The translations under genes were made by a program, and so were the position numbers. From contig CAZSXR010000002.1 in the NCBI GenBank assembly GCA_964611335.1, positions 134,354 through 198,353 on the forward strand: a DNA stretch of 64,000 bases, written 5' to 3'. This stretch comes from an uncultured Pseudobdellovibrionaceae bacterium (lineage in GTDB: Bacteria > Bdellovibrionota_B > Oligoflexia > Oligoflexales > Bog-1112). The notes below the pieces were generated by a model. That model saw nothing but the letters and a program-made list of their open reading frames with translations. It was not told where the DNA came from and searched no databases. Shown one piece after another: positions 39,065 to 47,983 of the stretch (within the stretch, counting starts at the first letter, position 1; every line of letters begins with the position of its first letter).

Positions 39065-40882
39065 TCAGTATTTTTTACAGTCGGGGACGCTCGCAGAGGT
39101 CATCTCTTCTTTAAGTCCACGAGCATAAGCTTCCGCTTGAATGGCGCAAGCATTGGTTCCTTTATGAAGAATTTTGTCAGCTTCCATAAGAGACTGCACA
39201 AGGTCTGGGAAACCTGCAGATATGGGAAAAAACTCAATAGCTTTTAAAGTGTCTCTTGCTGCGGTATCGAGACCAATTTTTTTACCTATACTCCAGAGCA
39301 TCCCAGAAATGAATTGAGATTGCTGATGAGGTTCCGTTGGCATGTTAGGATCTAGAAAAGACCAGTTGTTATTTGAAGAACGCAGACACTGAGCAGAGAT
39401 GCACAAAGTTCCACCACGAGGGCAAATGAGATTTCCCAAACAAGGACTCTTTGTTCGTGCCATAACGAAAAAATCTGCGAGACCTTCGTGGATTATGAGT
39501 GAATCACCTGAAGTTGTTTTTAAAGTTTGATAAACAACATGGTGTCCTGCTTCATGTGAAACTGCATCCGAATCGATTTGAAGATTTTGCAATATGACAC
39601 CGTCTCCGTTGCCCAATTTTATATAAGGTCCTGCTCCGGTATTTTTATCAGGCGGTATATATACTGCAGAATTATTGACACCCATATTTGTATAGTCCAA
39701 CTTTAATTGCACGCGAGGACTAGGCCAAGATTTTAAAATTCCACTACCTTCTTGAAGAAACCAATTTGAGTGCAATGTCGCGTTTGTAAAGACGGAAGCC
39801 TGATTGAAATGATAATCATTAGGCTTAAAATTAAATTCTGCATTATTTACAGTTGCAACATTGAGGGATGTATTTGTAGGGGGATTATCCACTACTATTC
39901 TAAAACGTGTGCTACACAACGAACCTCCTTTGCTGAGTCCATTCAACTTTAAATTTGTAAGAACGAGGTTAGTACTACTCAGAGGAACCTTTTGATAAGT
40001 AGTCGTGATTGCTGGAGCTGTTGTATCTGAAAAATAGGAAGGAGCTGCTTTGTAAATAATTTGATTATCAGGATTTTCAGGAGTTGGATTGTAAACAACA
40101 AGCCCATAGTAAGGTAAATTGTTATAATTAAAACGCACTTCCCATGCTGCAAGAAGTTTTGTTTTATCCACATTTGGATCATAAAAAAGGCATTTATTTT
40201 CATAAACGTTGGTGCTTGTGCTTGAAATGGAGCCATTGCCAACAGAGATAGTTGTAGTTTCTGTTTCTACATTTTGATTTGTGGGTATTGTATCAACATT
40301 AGTTGCAATTTGATTTGAAGTACTTACAAAACTTTTTGACCCTATTATTTTCTCAAGAGAATCTAAGGAAGAACCTCCACCGAGCGCAAGGATTTTTGCA
40401 ATCTCGTCGATACGATTATCTGTTAATTTATCACTTTTATCCCACACTGTTTGGTCAATGGTGTTTGTAGGAATATTTGTGGGAATCAATCCCTTTACCA
40501 GAGTTCTTTCTGAAGACACACTGACTCTTGCATAAAACTGACATAAAGAAGTTCCACCAATTGAAAAATTAAAATTAGCATGGTCCCAGTGAGGCCCATG
40601 AAGATAGGAATCAGGATCTACTTGTGATTCAATAGGTGTTTTAATGAGGTCATTAATAACAGCTTGAGCTTTTTCTACGAAGTAAGGAGCCTCAGGTCCT
40701 GCTAGAGAAAGACCTGTAGCATTGGATAAGTTCTCAGATGCAAGCGTCGGACAGATGTTATCGACCGCCATTGCATTACTTGAATTTTTTGATGTGGGAG
40801 TAGGATTGATACATTGAATATTTAGAAAGCAGAAAACCACTGAAAAAAATAAGAATAAACCCGTTTTTTGAAAAATGACCAC
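39065..40882 (-). CDS. secreted zinc metalloprotease (gluzincin, HExxH...E)
   Basis: Signal peptide, then AVSHEAGHHVVY followed 18 aa later by IHEGLADFF (third-ligand Glu context). Confidence 0.75.
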   Translation of the reverse strand: MVIFQKTGLFLFFSVVFCFLNIQCINPTPTSKNSSNAMAVDNICPTLASENLSNATGLSLAGPEAPYFVEKAQAVINDLIKTPIESQVDPDSYLHGPHWDHANFNFSIGGTSLCQFYARVSVSSERTLVKGLIPTNIPTNTIDQTVWDKSDKLTDNRIDEIAKILALGGGSSLDSLEKIIGSKSFVSTSNQIATNVDTIPTNQNVETETTTISVGNGSISSTSTNVYENKCLFYDPNVDKTKLLAAWEVRFNYNNLPYYGLVVYNPTPENPDNQIIYKAAPSYFSDTTAPAITTTYQKVPLSSTNLVLTNLKLNGLSKGGSLCSTRFRIVVDNPPTNTSLNVATVNNAEFNFKPNDYHFNQASVFTNATLHSNWFLQEGSGILKSWPSPRVQLKLDYTNMGVNNSAVYIPPDKNTGAGPYIKLGNGDGVILQNLQIDSDAVSHEAGHHVVYQTLKTTSGDSLIIHEGLADFFVMARTKSPCLGNLICPRGGTLCISAQCLRSSNNNWSFLDPNMPTEPHQQSQFISGMLWSIGKKIGLDTAARDTLKAIEFFPISAGFPDLVQSLMEADKILHKGTNACAIQAEAYARGLKEEMTSASVPDCKKY

Positions 40883-40926
40883 AAGACCCCCGATTTCTGT
40901 GAAAAATCTGAGTATCTTTCGGCAGT

Positions 40927-42165
40927 TTAGGAAATTTCTTGAATGAGATTGGAGGAAAATACCTTTGCAAGACTGATATCTGCATATCTTAGAAATGCTT
41001 CTTGTGACAATTTTTTTCTGAAAGTTTCACGATCGAGAACTTTTCCTAATTCTTGAACATGAGCTTCTATCACACGCACTATATCTTTGAGATCTGCCTC
41101 TTGGAAAATGCACGTTTCATCCGCAATGACATGAGGAATAGCACCCGAGTTAGATCCTAATACCCTGACGCCACACGCCTGAGCTTCCACAATCACACGG
41201 CCGAACTGTTCTTTCCAATGAGGCGCTGTTCGACTCGGTATAAGTAAAATATCCGATTCATGATAATAATTTTTTATTTGATCAGAAGATAAAGCCCCTA
41301 GAAATTGAATATCAAATCCATCTTTTTCTAATTCTGCACATCTTTTCTCAATCTCACCTTGCAAAGGCCCTCTTCCAACAAAACGAAACTCACAATTTTC
41401 CTTTGTAGAAGAAGAAAGAAATTTCATGGCATCTAAAATATCGAGAACACCTTTTTCTACAAAGAGAGAGCCCGCGTAGGAAATTCGAATTTTCTCATTC
41501 TTTCTAGAAATATTTTCATAGCGGAACAGTTTCGAATCAAACCACAGAGGATAATCCATTATCTTCCCTTTGTATCCATGCTGTCTTAGAATTTCACTTT
41601 GTTCAGTACCTAAACTTAAAATGGCATAAGAATGTTTGAACAAAAAATTCTGAATAAATCTCAAAGGCCAAGGATATTTTTTATAAATATTTTGCAGAGC
41701 AAAAAGCATGAAATGAAAATCTTTTCCGAGATACAAACGAGCTACACACCACGAAAAAAAAGCCGTAACGGAATAAGGATCTGCAAGACAGATAAAATAT
41801 CGCGTTTCATTTTTATTATTATTAAAAAATTTTTTTAAAGCTTTTCCTAAGCCCCAATAGATCACGATTTGAACATGGAGGTTCCAAGATTTGAGTAAAA
41901 AGAAAGGATAATTCGGATCGTCTTTGGCAAAAGGTTTTTGAAAATCTTCTGCTTGAATTTCTTGTGAACCAAGCTCTCGAAATTTTTGAGGAGCTGCACA
42001 TGCAACACGCCATGAAGGATTCTGTGTCAAGTATTCAAAGAAACTTCTATATGCTTTGACTACTAAACTTTGCCAAAGGACAAATACCGCAATATTCTTA
42101 TTTTCTGAATTCACTTGCTGACTATTCCTAATCATATTGATAACCTTATCCATTAGGAGATTCAC
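40927..42165 (-). CDS. GT-B fold glycosyltransferase (family 4-like)
   Basis: C-terminal half is GT4-like (ISYAGSLFVEKG..., EQFGRVIVEAQACGVRVLGSNSGAIPHVI). The start codon is uncertain (GTG 42165 or the ATG 12 nt downstream). Confidence 0.8.
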   Translation of the reverse strand: MNLLMDKVINMIRNSQQVNSENKNIAVFVLWQSLVVKAYRSFFEYLTQNPSWRVACAAPQKFRELGSQEIQAEDFQKPFAKDDPNYPFFLLKSWNLHVQIVIYWGLGKALKKFFNNNKNETRYFICLADPYSVTAFFSWCVARLYLGKDFHFMLFALQNIYKKYPWPLRFIQNFLFKHSYAILSLGTEQSEILRQHGYKGKIMDYPLWFDSKLFRYENISRKNEKIRISYAGSLFVEKGVLDILDAMKFLSSSTKENCEFRFVGRGPLQGEIEKRCAELEKDGFDIQFLGALSSDQIKNYYHESDILLIPSRTAPHWKEQFGRVIVEAQACGVRVLGSNSGAIPHVIADETCIFQEADLKDIVRVIEAHVQELGKVLDRETFRKKLSQEAFLRYADISLAKVFSSNLIQEIS

Positions 42166-42198
42166 TTTCCGTTAATGACCTGTTGCAAAGCGTTATAA

Positions 42199-42318
42199 CT
42201 AAACTTCGTCAGTCTTTATATTCAATAGATGATTTCTGAGGTTTATTTGTTGCCAAAAATCCTCGTTATCTCCATCTAACTCATCAATAAAAAAGGCAAA
42301 AACCATCATCGCCATCAT
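42199..42318 (-). CDS. possible 39-aa small ORF (MMAMMVFAFFIDELDGDNEDFWQQINLRNHLLNIKTDEV)
   Basis: Hand translation of the 233-nt gap downstream of the immunity-like gene. It is below the ORF-track size cut-off and there is no other support. Confidence 0.2.
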   Translation of the reverse strand: MMAMMVFAFFIDELDGDNEDFWQQINLRNHLLNIKTDEV

Positions 42319-42398
42319 ATTGAGATATCTGCAAAGTGTAGGGACGCGTTATTTCTTGTCCTCCCACAAAAATCCTTAGGAATTTAAGTATCGACGAT

Positions 42399-42716
42399 TT
42401 ACGTACTTTCAATTGTGCGCTGCGCAATTTTAACCCAATGACAACATTTCTTTATAGACTCTTTTAAAACTAGATCAATTCCCGGGAATGATTTACCTTC
42501 AATAAAACAGCAATTTACGGATTCCATATCCATTATGGCATTATTCAGTGGAATAAAAAATTCTAGAGGAAAACAATCTACAGCATCTCTCAAAAACTCC
42601 AGTTCACCAATTAAAGTCTGCAAATCAAGCAACTCACAATTATACTGTTCTATAGCATTTTCCATGCGAGCTATGTGACGAAGATTGATATCTTCAATAT
42701 CATCTACTTTTTTCAT
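42399..42716 (-). CDS. candidate immunity protein for the upstream Hint-domain toxin
   Basis: 105-aa acidic, Cys-rich protein with no signal peptide. Its start lies 4 nt after the toxin stop. Assignment is by position only. Confidence 0.5.
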   Translation of the reverse strand: MKKVDDIEDINLRHIARMENAIEQYNCELLDLQTLIGELEFLRDAVDCFPLEFFIPLNNAIMDMESVNCCFIEGKSFPGIDLVLKESIKKCCHWVKIAQRTIEST

Positions 42717-42720
42717 AATC

Positions 42721-44049
42721 TTATCGTTTTCCCAGTATTGTAGTTATGACTCGTCCTGTTGCTTCATCTGTCACAATAGTAATATCATTCTGTGGAGAGT
42801 AGTATCTAATACGGTCAGGACTTGGGTCAGCAGATTTAACACCATTTTTAATTGTATCTTCAACTACTGTAGGCGTAAGCCCACGATTTTGCATTTGATC
42901 TAAAGCATGTCCAGAATATTCGCGATCACCTATTTTTTCTGGTGTGTTTCTATTGGGTTGAAATTTTGGTTGTCGTAATTCAAACGCTTCACTCTTTGGT
43001 ATACCTAGTTCCTTATTTTCAGATATACCCCTTCGTCCCTTAAAACCAGTTTCTCCTTCAGACGTTATTTGAGAAGTCCCTTGTCCTTCGTGATTAAAAA
43101 TTGTCTCTACTATGACATTTGCACCATGCCCGGCTAAAGCAGCACTAGCTCCTACGACAGCAACTCCAGCAGGAGCTGCTGCGCAGGCAGTGCCTACACA
43201 AGATGCAGCAACTTCCGAGGCTCCTGCTAAGATTCCAGTGGTCCCTACTGCAACCTGTGCTGTTCCACCCAATGTTTGACCTGTAGCTCGTCCTATTTCG
43301 AAAGCATCTGATCCCTGAGGAGGATGCTGGGAAGCTCCAGGCATACTTTCGCTAAGCCCTACAGCAAAACCTTTTCCGAATTCCTTAGCACCATTACAGT
43401 TATGTACTAACGCCGCACTTGCTAAACACTGTCCATTTCCAACTACAAAATAATTGTGCGTCGTATCCACTCTAATGTCATAGACTTCAATCGGCTCTTC
43501 AAAAGTGCGACGAAGCAGGGATTCAATTCTCAGAGACCCTGTAGTTCCTTTAACCAAATCACCTTTTTTCAAAGCCCATGCACTAACCCACTCTCCACCG
43601 ACAAAGAAAGGATGATCATCTGTAGCTTCTATAAGCTGACCATTGTCTAAGCGAATCTCTATGAGAGAATTTGTTAGAATTCTAAAAACTTCTTCGACTT
43701 TTTTCGAAACAAAAGAGTCGGAAACTTCGTCATATGAGAGAACGCTTTCACCTACTTGAATATCCTGGATCTCTTTGCACTCAGGTTGCTCTTGTGAAAG
43801 AAGAACGTAGGTTCCCTTGGTAAAACACGCTTGCTTAAATTTTAATGCAAAATCATTTGGTACAGAAGCTTTGAGCTTTCTATCCCACTGCGCTACTCTT
43901 TCGTCAGATTCAAGAGCTTGAAGTTGAGACTGAATTTCCGCTTCTGCCGCTGCAAATTGTCTTGCTTCAGCGTCACTGAGCTGTTTTTGCATAGCAAAAA
44001 CATTGAGGGATACTATTCCTAATAGGAATACTAAGACTTTTGTTTTCAT
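42721..44049 (-). CDS. secreted polymorphic-toxin-like protein: signal peptide, coiled coil, Hint (intein-like) domain, Gly/Ala-rich hydrophobic segment, and a C-terminal domain of about 90 aa
   Basis: MKTKVLVFLLGIVSLNVFA signal peptide. Hint domain Cys75...TDDHPFF...VYDIRVDTTHNYFVVG...LVHN217-C218. Hydrophobic GGTAQVAVGTTGILAGASEVAASCVGTACAAAPAGVAVVGASAALAG. C-terminus EYSGHALDQMQNRGLTPTVVEDTIKNG...ITIVTDEATGRVITT. Confidence 0.75.
   Translation of the reverse strand: MKTKVLVFLLGIVSLNVFAMQKQLSDAEARQFAAAEAEIQSQLQALESDERVAQWDRKLKASVPNDFALKFKQACFTKGTYVLLSQEQPECKEIQDIQVGESVLSYDEVSDSFVSKKVEEVFRILTNSLIEIRLDNGQLIEATDDHPFFVGGEWVSAWALKKGDLVKGTTGSLRIESLLRRTFEEPIEVYDIRVDTTHNYFVVGNGQCLASAALVHNCNGAKEFGKGFAVGLSESMPGASQHPPQGSDAFEIGRATGQTLGGTAQVAVGTTGILAGASEVAASCVGTACAAAPAGVAVVGASAALAGHGANVIVETIFNHEGQGTSQITSEGETGFKGRRGISENKELGIPKSEAFELRQPKFQPNRNTPEKIGDREYSGHALDQMQNRGLTPTVVEDTIKNGVKSADPSPDRIRYYSPQNDITIVTDEATGRVITTILGKR
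43399..43827 (-). other. Hint domain (143 aa mini-intein / BIL-like, no endonuclease insert) inside the toxin gene
   Basis: Contains block A Cys (ACFTKGT), block B TxxH (TDDHPFF) and blocks F/G (VYDIRVDTTHNYFVVG...ALVHN) followed by Cys. Confidence 0.8.
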
Positions 44050-44069
44050 TTTCTAACCTTTCTTAAATT

Positions 44070-45635
44070 TTATAATTCGTCTTTAGAACTCTCAACATCA
44101 AAGTAATCTTGCACTGTTTTTGCAGCTACAAAAAAACCTTTCCAAAAATTAAGGTCGTCAGGACTTTTAGACATGAAGGCAAAACTCTCTCCTTTTTCCT
44201 GTATAAGGTTTACATAAGCTGCGGTTGGGAAAAGCACTGTGTCTGGTTTGTACTTATAGTATTCAGTCAATTCTTGATCTTGAATGAAAGAAATCAAATT
44301 TGAAAAACCTGAAAAAATTCCTACGTTTATTAAAAGATTCGAAGACCATGGAAGGAAAAGAGAAGCAATCATTTTTCGGATATTGATCTCCTGCTCAAAG
44401 GAAAGATCAACTATATTTGTTTCTTTAGTCACCATTGCTGTAAATTTGTTTATTACCTCTCTAGCTAAAGAGATATGCAAGAAAAAAGGATAAAATAACA
44501 CCTGATAGTCTTCTTCGTCTTTATATTTCTCATAGAGTTGGAAAATGTTTTCTTCAAATCCTTGCGGCAACTCTAAATATTGCAATCTGAGAACAAATGT
44601 TGAAGCTCCTCCTTCCTTGTTATTATTAATGACGTCATAAGCTCTTTTCTTATTTAAACTTACGAGATCCAAAACTACCTGATAAGGAATGGAAATGTAT
44701 TCAAAAGAGGTATCATCCCAAGTACCCTTCAAAATAAATCCACCAGATGTGTTGTATCCATAATTTTTATAAAGAGTATCGTCGAAACCTACTAATGCCA
44801 AAGCATGGCCGTCATCTCCATCATGGCTATATTCTACAAGTTCTTGGTAAAACTTATCCCACACAGTTTTTGAAATTTCACGAGTGATTATGTGCTCCTC
44901 AGGAACATTAAGAACCTTTCTTTCAAACAAAGTTCCTTTACTAAAAGAAGGATCAGCAAACAAAGCAAATGATGGATTTGAAAAACTAAAGATCGCAGGT
45001 TTACCATTGAGAATAGTTTCTTTTCATACTCTGATTGGATCTTTGTCCTTCCCAAGAAACATATCAAAGCCAGGTAAATTGTGTGAAAGTATATGAGTTC
45101 GAATGATAGGCCAGCCAGACTTATATTCTGCAGGAACATTCGCCAATCTTGGAGGAATCAAATGTTGTGCTCCACGATTAGGCGCTGTGAAATGCGGACT
45201 TGTCATTCTATGTTCTTCGGGGTGCATGTAATAAGGCAAAACAGAGCCATGTTTTTCTAGAAAATCTGTACTTTGCTCATCGAAAAAAACATCAGAGTAT
45301 ACTAATGCTTCAGTATTTAAGTGTCTCGATTTGTCTATAATCAAACGTAAGGAGTATAGGAAGTGTAGTAAACTCAACCTTACAGGTTTTCCAATTTTTT
45401 GAAAATGGTGTTCGAGAGCGCTTAGAAATGCTGCCGCATGACAGGTCGCTCCCATTTGCTGAATTCCCTCAGGACGTAGAATAGGTTTTGTAGGAATAAA
45501 TTTGGATGCTAGTTCTGCTGCGTGTGCAATTTGAAATGAAAAAGAAAGCAACAAACAAAATGTCGCTACTATTTTTACAGAATTTTTCACAGGGTCTCCT
45601 AAAACTGAAGAGGAGAGTGTGACTACACCTTTCAC
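44070..45635 (-). pseudogene. secreted papain-fold (clan CA, C1-like) cysteine peptidase interrupted by a single in-frame TGA at 45024-45026
   Basis: ORFs 45635-45024 and 44963-44070 are in the same frame. The upstream part has a signal-like segment and Q-x5-C (IQQMGATCHAAAFLSALE). The downstream part has DGDDGHALALVGFDD and GGFILKGTWDD (His and N-S-W-like regions). The 20 codons between the TGA and the TTG are open. Confidence 0.7.
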
Positions 45636-45671
45636 TGAGATGTGTCAAAACTTTATGTTACGAGTTTGCAA

Positions 45672-45690
45672 AATGTCATCGCATGACATT
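45672..45690. promoter_or_regulatory. perfect palindrome upstream of the peptidase/toxin cassette
   Basis: AATGTCAT cgc ATGACATT, 37-55 nt upstream of the peptidase start codon (45635, minus strand). Confidence 0.3.
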
Positions 45691-45916
45691 ATCTTCGGTA
45701 GTTGAATCACCAGACTGAACTTTGCTCGTTCTCTTCCACTGCGCTTGGTTCTATTGCTTTCGCAAAGACCTCATTTTTTATCCGTTTTGAAACTAGCACC
45801 CTTTTCAGCAGAAGAGAAAACAGTTGACATGTGTAGGCAATTGTTTCAAATTTTCTCACTGTAATTTTTCTGGTAGAAAAATGGAATTGTCTTGTTATGC
45901 TCGAAAATAAGGACTT

Positions 45917-46078
45917 TCATGTAAACCTGTTTGGCAACCTTGAAAGCAAGGGAAATTTTTTGCGATTAGAAATGTTTTTAAATTCTTCTACATGAGTTTC
46001 AATGACACTACTGAGATCTTCAATATTTCCTTCTTGAAAAAGACTTCTTTTTAAACACTTTTCACGAGCTATATGAAC
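45917..46078 (-). pseudogene. remnant of the C-terminus of a GT4 glycosyltransferase paralogue
   Basis: Hand translation gives VHIAREKCLKRSLFQEGNIEDLSSVIETHVEEFKNISNRKKF...*. It aligns with the C-terminus of the 40927-42165 GT (VIADETCIFQEADLKDIVRVIEAHVQELGKVLDRETFRKK). It is bounded upstream by TAA and has no start. Confidence 0.55.
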
Positions 46079-46080
46079 TT

Positions 46081-46668
46081 ATGTTAGATCCCAAACTCCC
46101 CATACTAGGCTCAACCTCCAAGGAATGGGCACTACACGTCATCGCCCATTTTGATCTTTTCCTCATAGACCATGCATCTTGCGAACGCAAAGCCGCGGCA
46201 CTTGCCATGTCTCTTATCGCAAAATATCCAGATAGAAAATTTCTCATAGAACCCATGGTAAGCCTTGCTCGCGAAGAACTAGAACACTTCGCACAAGTTT
46301 ACCGCCTACTCACCAAAAGAGGGATCTCACACCTTCCTCCTGATGAACGAGATCCTTATGTGCATTCTATACTCCAACGCTTACGTACAGGTCGCGAAGA
46401 ACATTTCCTCGACCGTCTTGTGACTTCCGGTATGATTGAAGCACGTGGATGGGAGCGTTTTTCCGTACTAGCTGAGAATCTCGAAGACGATACCCTCAAG
46501 ACTTTCTATATGGATCTTGCAAAGCGAGAAAGAGGTCATTATAGAATTTTTATTAACATTGCAGAGAAATATTTTTCTAAAGAAGATGTGGAAGAAGCGA
46601 TCACTCGTATAGCAGAATATGAATACGAAGCCATGACACAAGCACCCTTGAAAGCCCGAGTACATTAG
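46081..46668 (+). CDS. miaE: tRNA-(ms2io6A37)-hydroxylase, diiron ferritin-like
   Basis: FLIDHASCERKAAALAMSLI ... LAREELEHF ... LAKRERGHY matches the MiaE pattern and its two ExxH diiron motifs. Confidence 0.85.
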   Translation: MLDPKLPILGSTSKEWALHVIAHFDLFLIDHASCERKAAALAMSLIAKYPDRKFLIEPMVSLAREELEHFAQVYRLLTKRGISHLPPDERDPYVHSILQRLRTGREEHFLDRLVTSGMIEARGWERFSVLAENLEDDTLKTFYMDLAKRERGHYRIFINIAEKYFSKEDVEEAITRIAEYEYEAMTQAPLKARVH

Positions 46669-46678
46669 AGGAGCTACT

Positions 46679-47983
46679 ATGCTTTTACAATTAGGAACTC
46701 ATTATTTAACCGAAAACATTCTTCAAGACATCAATGCAATTAAACCTGAAGCCTATACAAAATTGAACTCTCTGAAAGAAAAAAACTGTGTAGATGCACA
46801 AAACACGGGATGGTGGAATTGGCCTGAAGAATCGGGATTCCAAGACCTTCGTCACATTCGTGAAGTGCTTCTGAATTTAGATATTGCTTATGATATCGTT
46901 GTCGTCATTGGAATAGGAGGTTCCTATGCAGGAACTAAAGCTCTTTCAGAAGCAATGCGTCACCAATTTGCGGATCAACTTGTCAATGAAGATCGTTATG
47001 TGCCTGTAGTCTACCTAGGAAACAACCTCTCTGAACGTGCCTTTCTCGAAGTTCTTGAACTGCTTGAGCAACGTGAACCTATTGTCAATGTCATCAGCAA
47101 ATCGGGAAATACTCTAGAACCAAACATTGCTTTTAGAGTACTTGAAGAAGTCTTAATCAAACGTTTTGGAAAAGAGGCTCAAAAACGAATTTTTGTAAGC
47201 ACACAGACTGAAAAAAGCAGTCTTTTTGAACTTGCTCAATTCCGCAACTACCGAGTTTTTCCCATCCCTTCTAACGTAGGCGGACGCTACTCCGTTTTAA
47301 CAACAGTGGGATTGCTTCCTCTCTCACTTGCTGGTTACGATACGGAACAACTTCTAGCTGGCGCAGACAGACTCTTCGAAGAATTGCGTGGAGATGTGAG
47401 TAAAGATCATCCAGTACTGACATACGCAGCTTTTAGAAAATATGCATGGAATGAAGGCAAAGCCCTTGAAGTTCTTTCTTATAGAGAACCTAAACTTGCT
47501 TCACTGATTGAATGGTGGAAGCAACTCTTTGCAGAATCAGAAGGAAAAGAAGGCAAAGGGCTCATGCCTATGGGAATGGGTTACACAACGGATTTGCATT
47601 CCCTTGGTCAGTATTTGCAGGAAGGCCCTTCTAATATGATTGAAACTTTCTTAAACATAGGTCCCGCTAAGAGCCTAGTAGAAAAAAGATTGAAAATTCC
47701 TGTCGATGAAATCGGTGCCAACAAGCATTTGAATTCTCTCTATGGACGTTATGTCAACGACATCGATTATGCAGCTTGGGAAGCCTCTCAGAAAGCACAC
47801 TCACAAAGAGGTGTACCATGTTTAGAGATGAAAGTCTCCCATCTCGATGAATACCATCTAGGTTACCTCTTTGCATTTTTTGAATGCGCTTGCGCTATCA
47901 GTGCTTTGCTTCTAGATGTCAATCCTTTCGATCAACCTGGCGTGGAAGTTTACAAAAGAGAATTGATGAACCTTGTAGGTTAG
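46679..47983 (+). CDS. pgi: glucose-6-phosphate isomerase (short bacterial type)
   Basis: GIGGSYAGTKA, ISKSGNTLEP, GGRYSVLT and FAESEGKEGKG motifs. Confidence 0.93.
   Translation: MLLQLGTHYLTENILQDINAIKPEAYTKLNSLKEKNCVDAQNTGWWNWPEESGFQDLRHIREVLLNLDIAYDIVVVIGIGGSYAGTKALSEAMRHQFADQLVNEDRYVPVVYLGNNLSERAFLEVLELLEQREPIVNVISKSGNTLEPNIAFRVLEEVLIKRFGKEAQKRIFVSTQTEKSSLFELAQFRNYRVFPIPSNVGGRYSVLTTVGLLPLSLAGYDTEQLLAGADRLFEELRGDVSKDHPVLTYAAFRKYAWNEGKALEVLSYREPKLASLIEWWKQLFAESEGKEGKGLMPMGMGYTTDLHSLGQYLQEGPSNMIETFLNIGPAKSLVEKRLKIPVDEIGANKHLNSLYGRYVNDIDYAAWEASQKAHSQRGVPCLEMKVSHLDEYHLGYLFAFFECACAISALLLDVNPFDQPGVEVYKRELMNLVG

Noticed and set aside
45024-45026. In-frame TGA in the papain-fold peptidase as a selenocysteine codon, suggested by selU in the same window
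   Set aside because: The position (…DPIRV-TGA-KETILNG…) is far from the catalytic Cys, His and Asn-like regions. The downstream stem is AT-rich with a 24-nt loop, unlike bacterial SECIS elements. No Sec machinery is visible here. It is kept as an open question in the findings but not called as Sec.
46062-46256. 64-aa minus-strand ORF overlapping the miaE start
   Set aside because: It is antisense to a confidently identified gene and has no motif. The real minus-strand signal nearby is the GT4 remnant, which is in a different frame.
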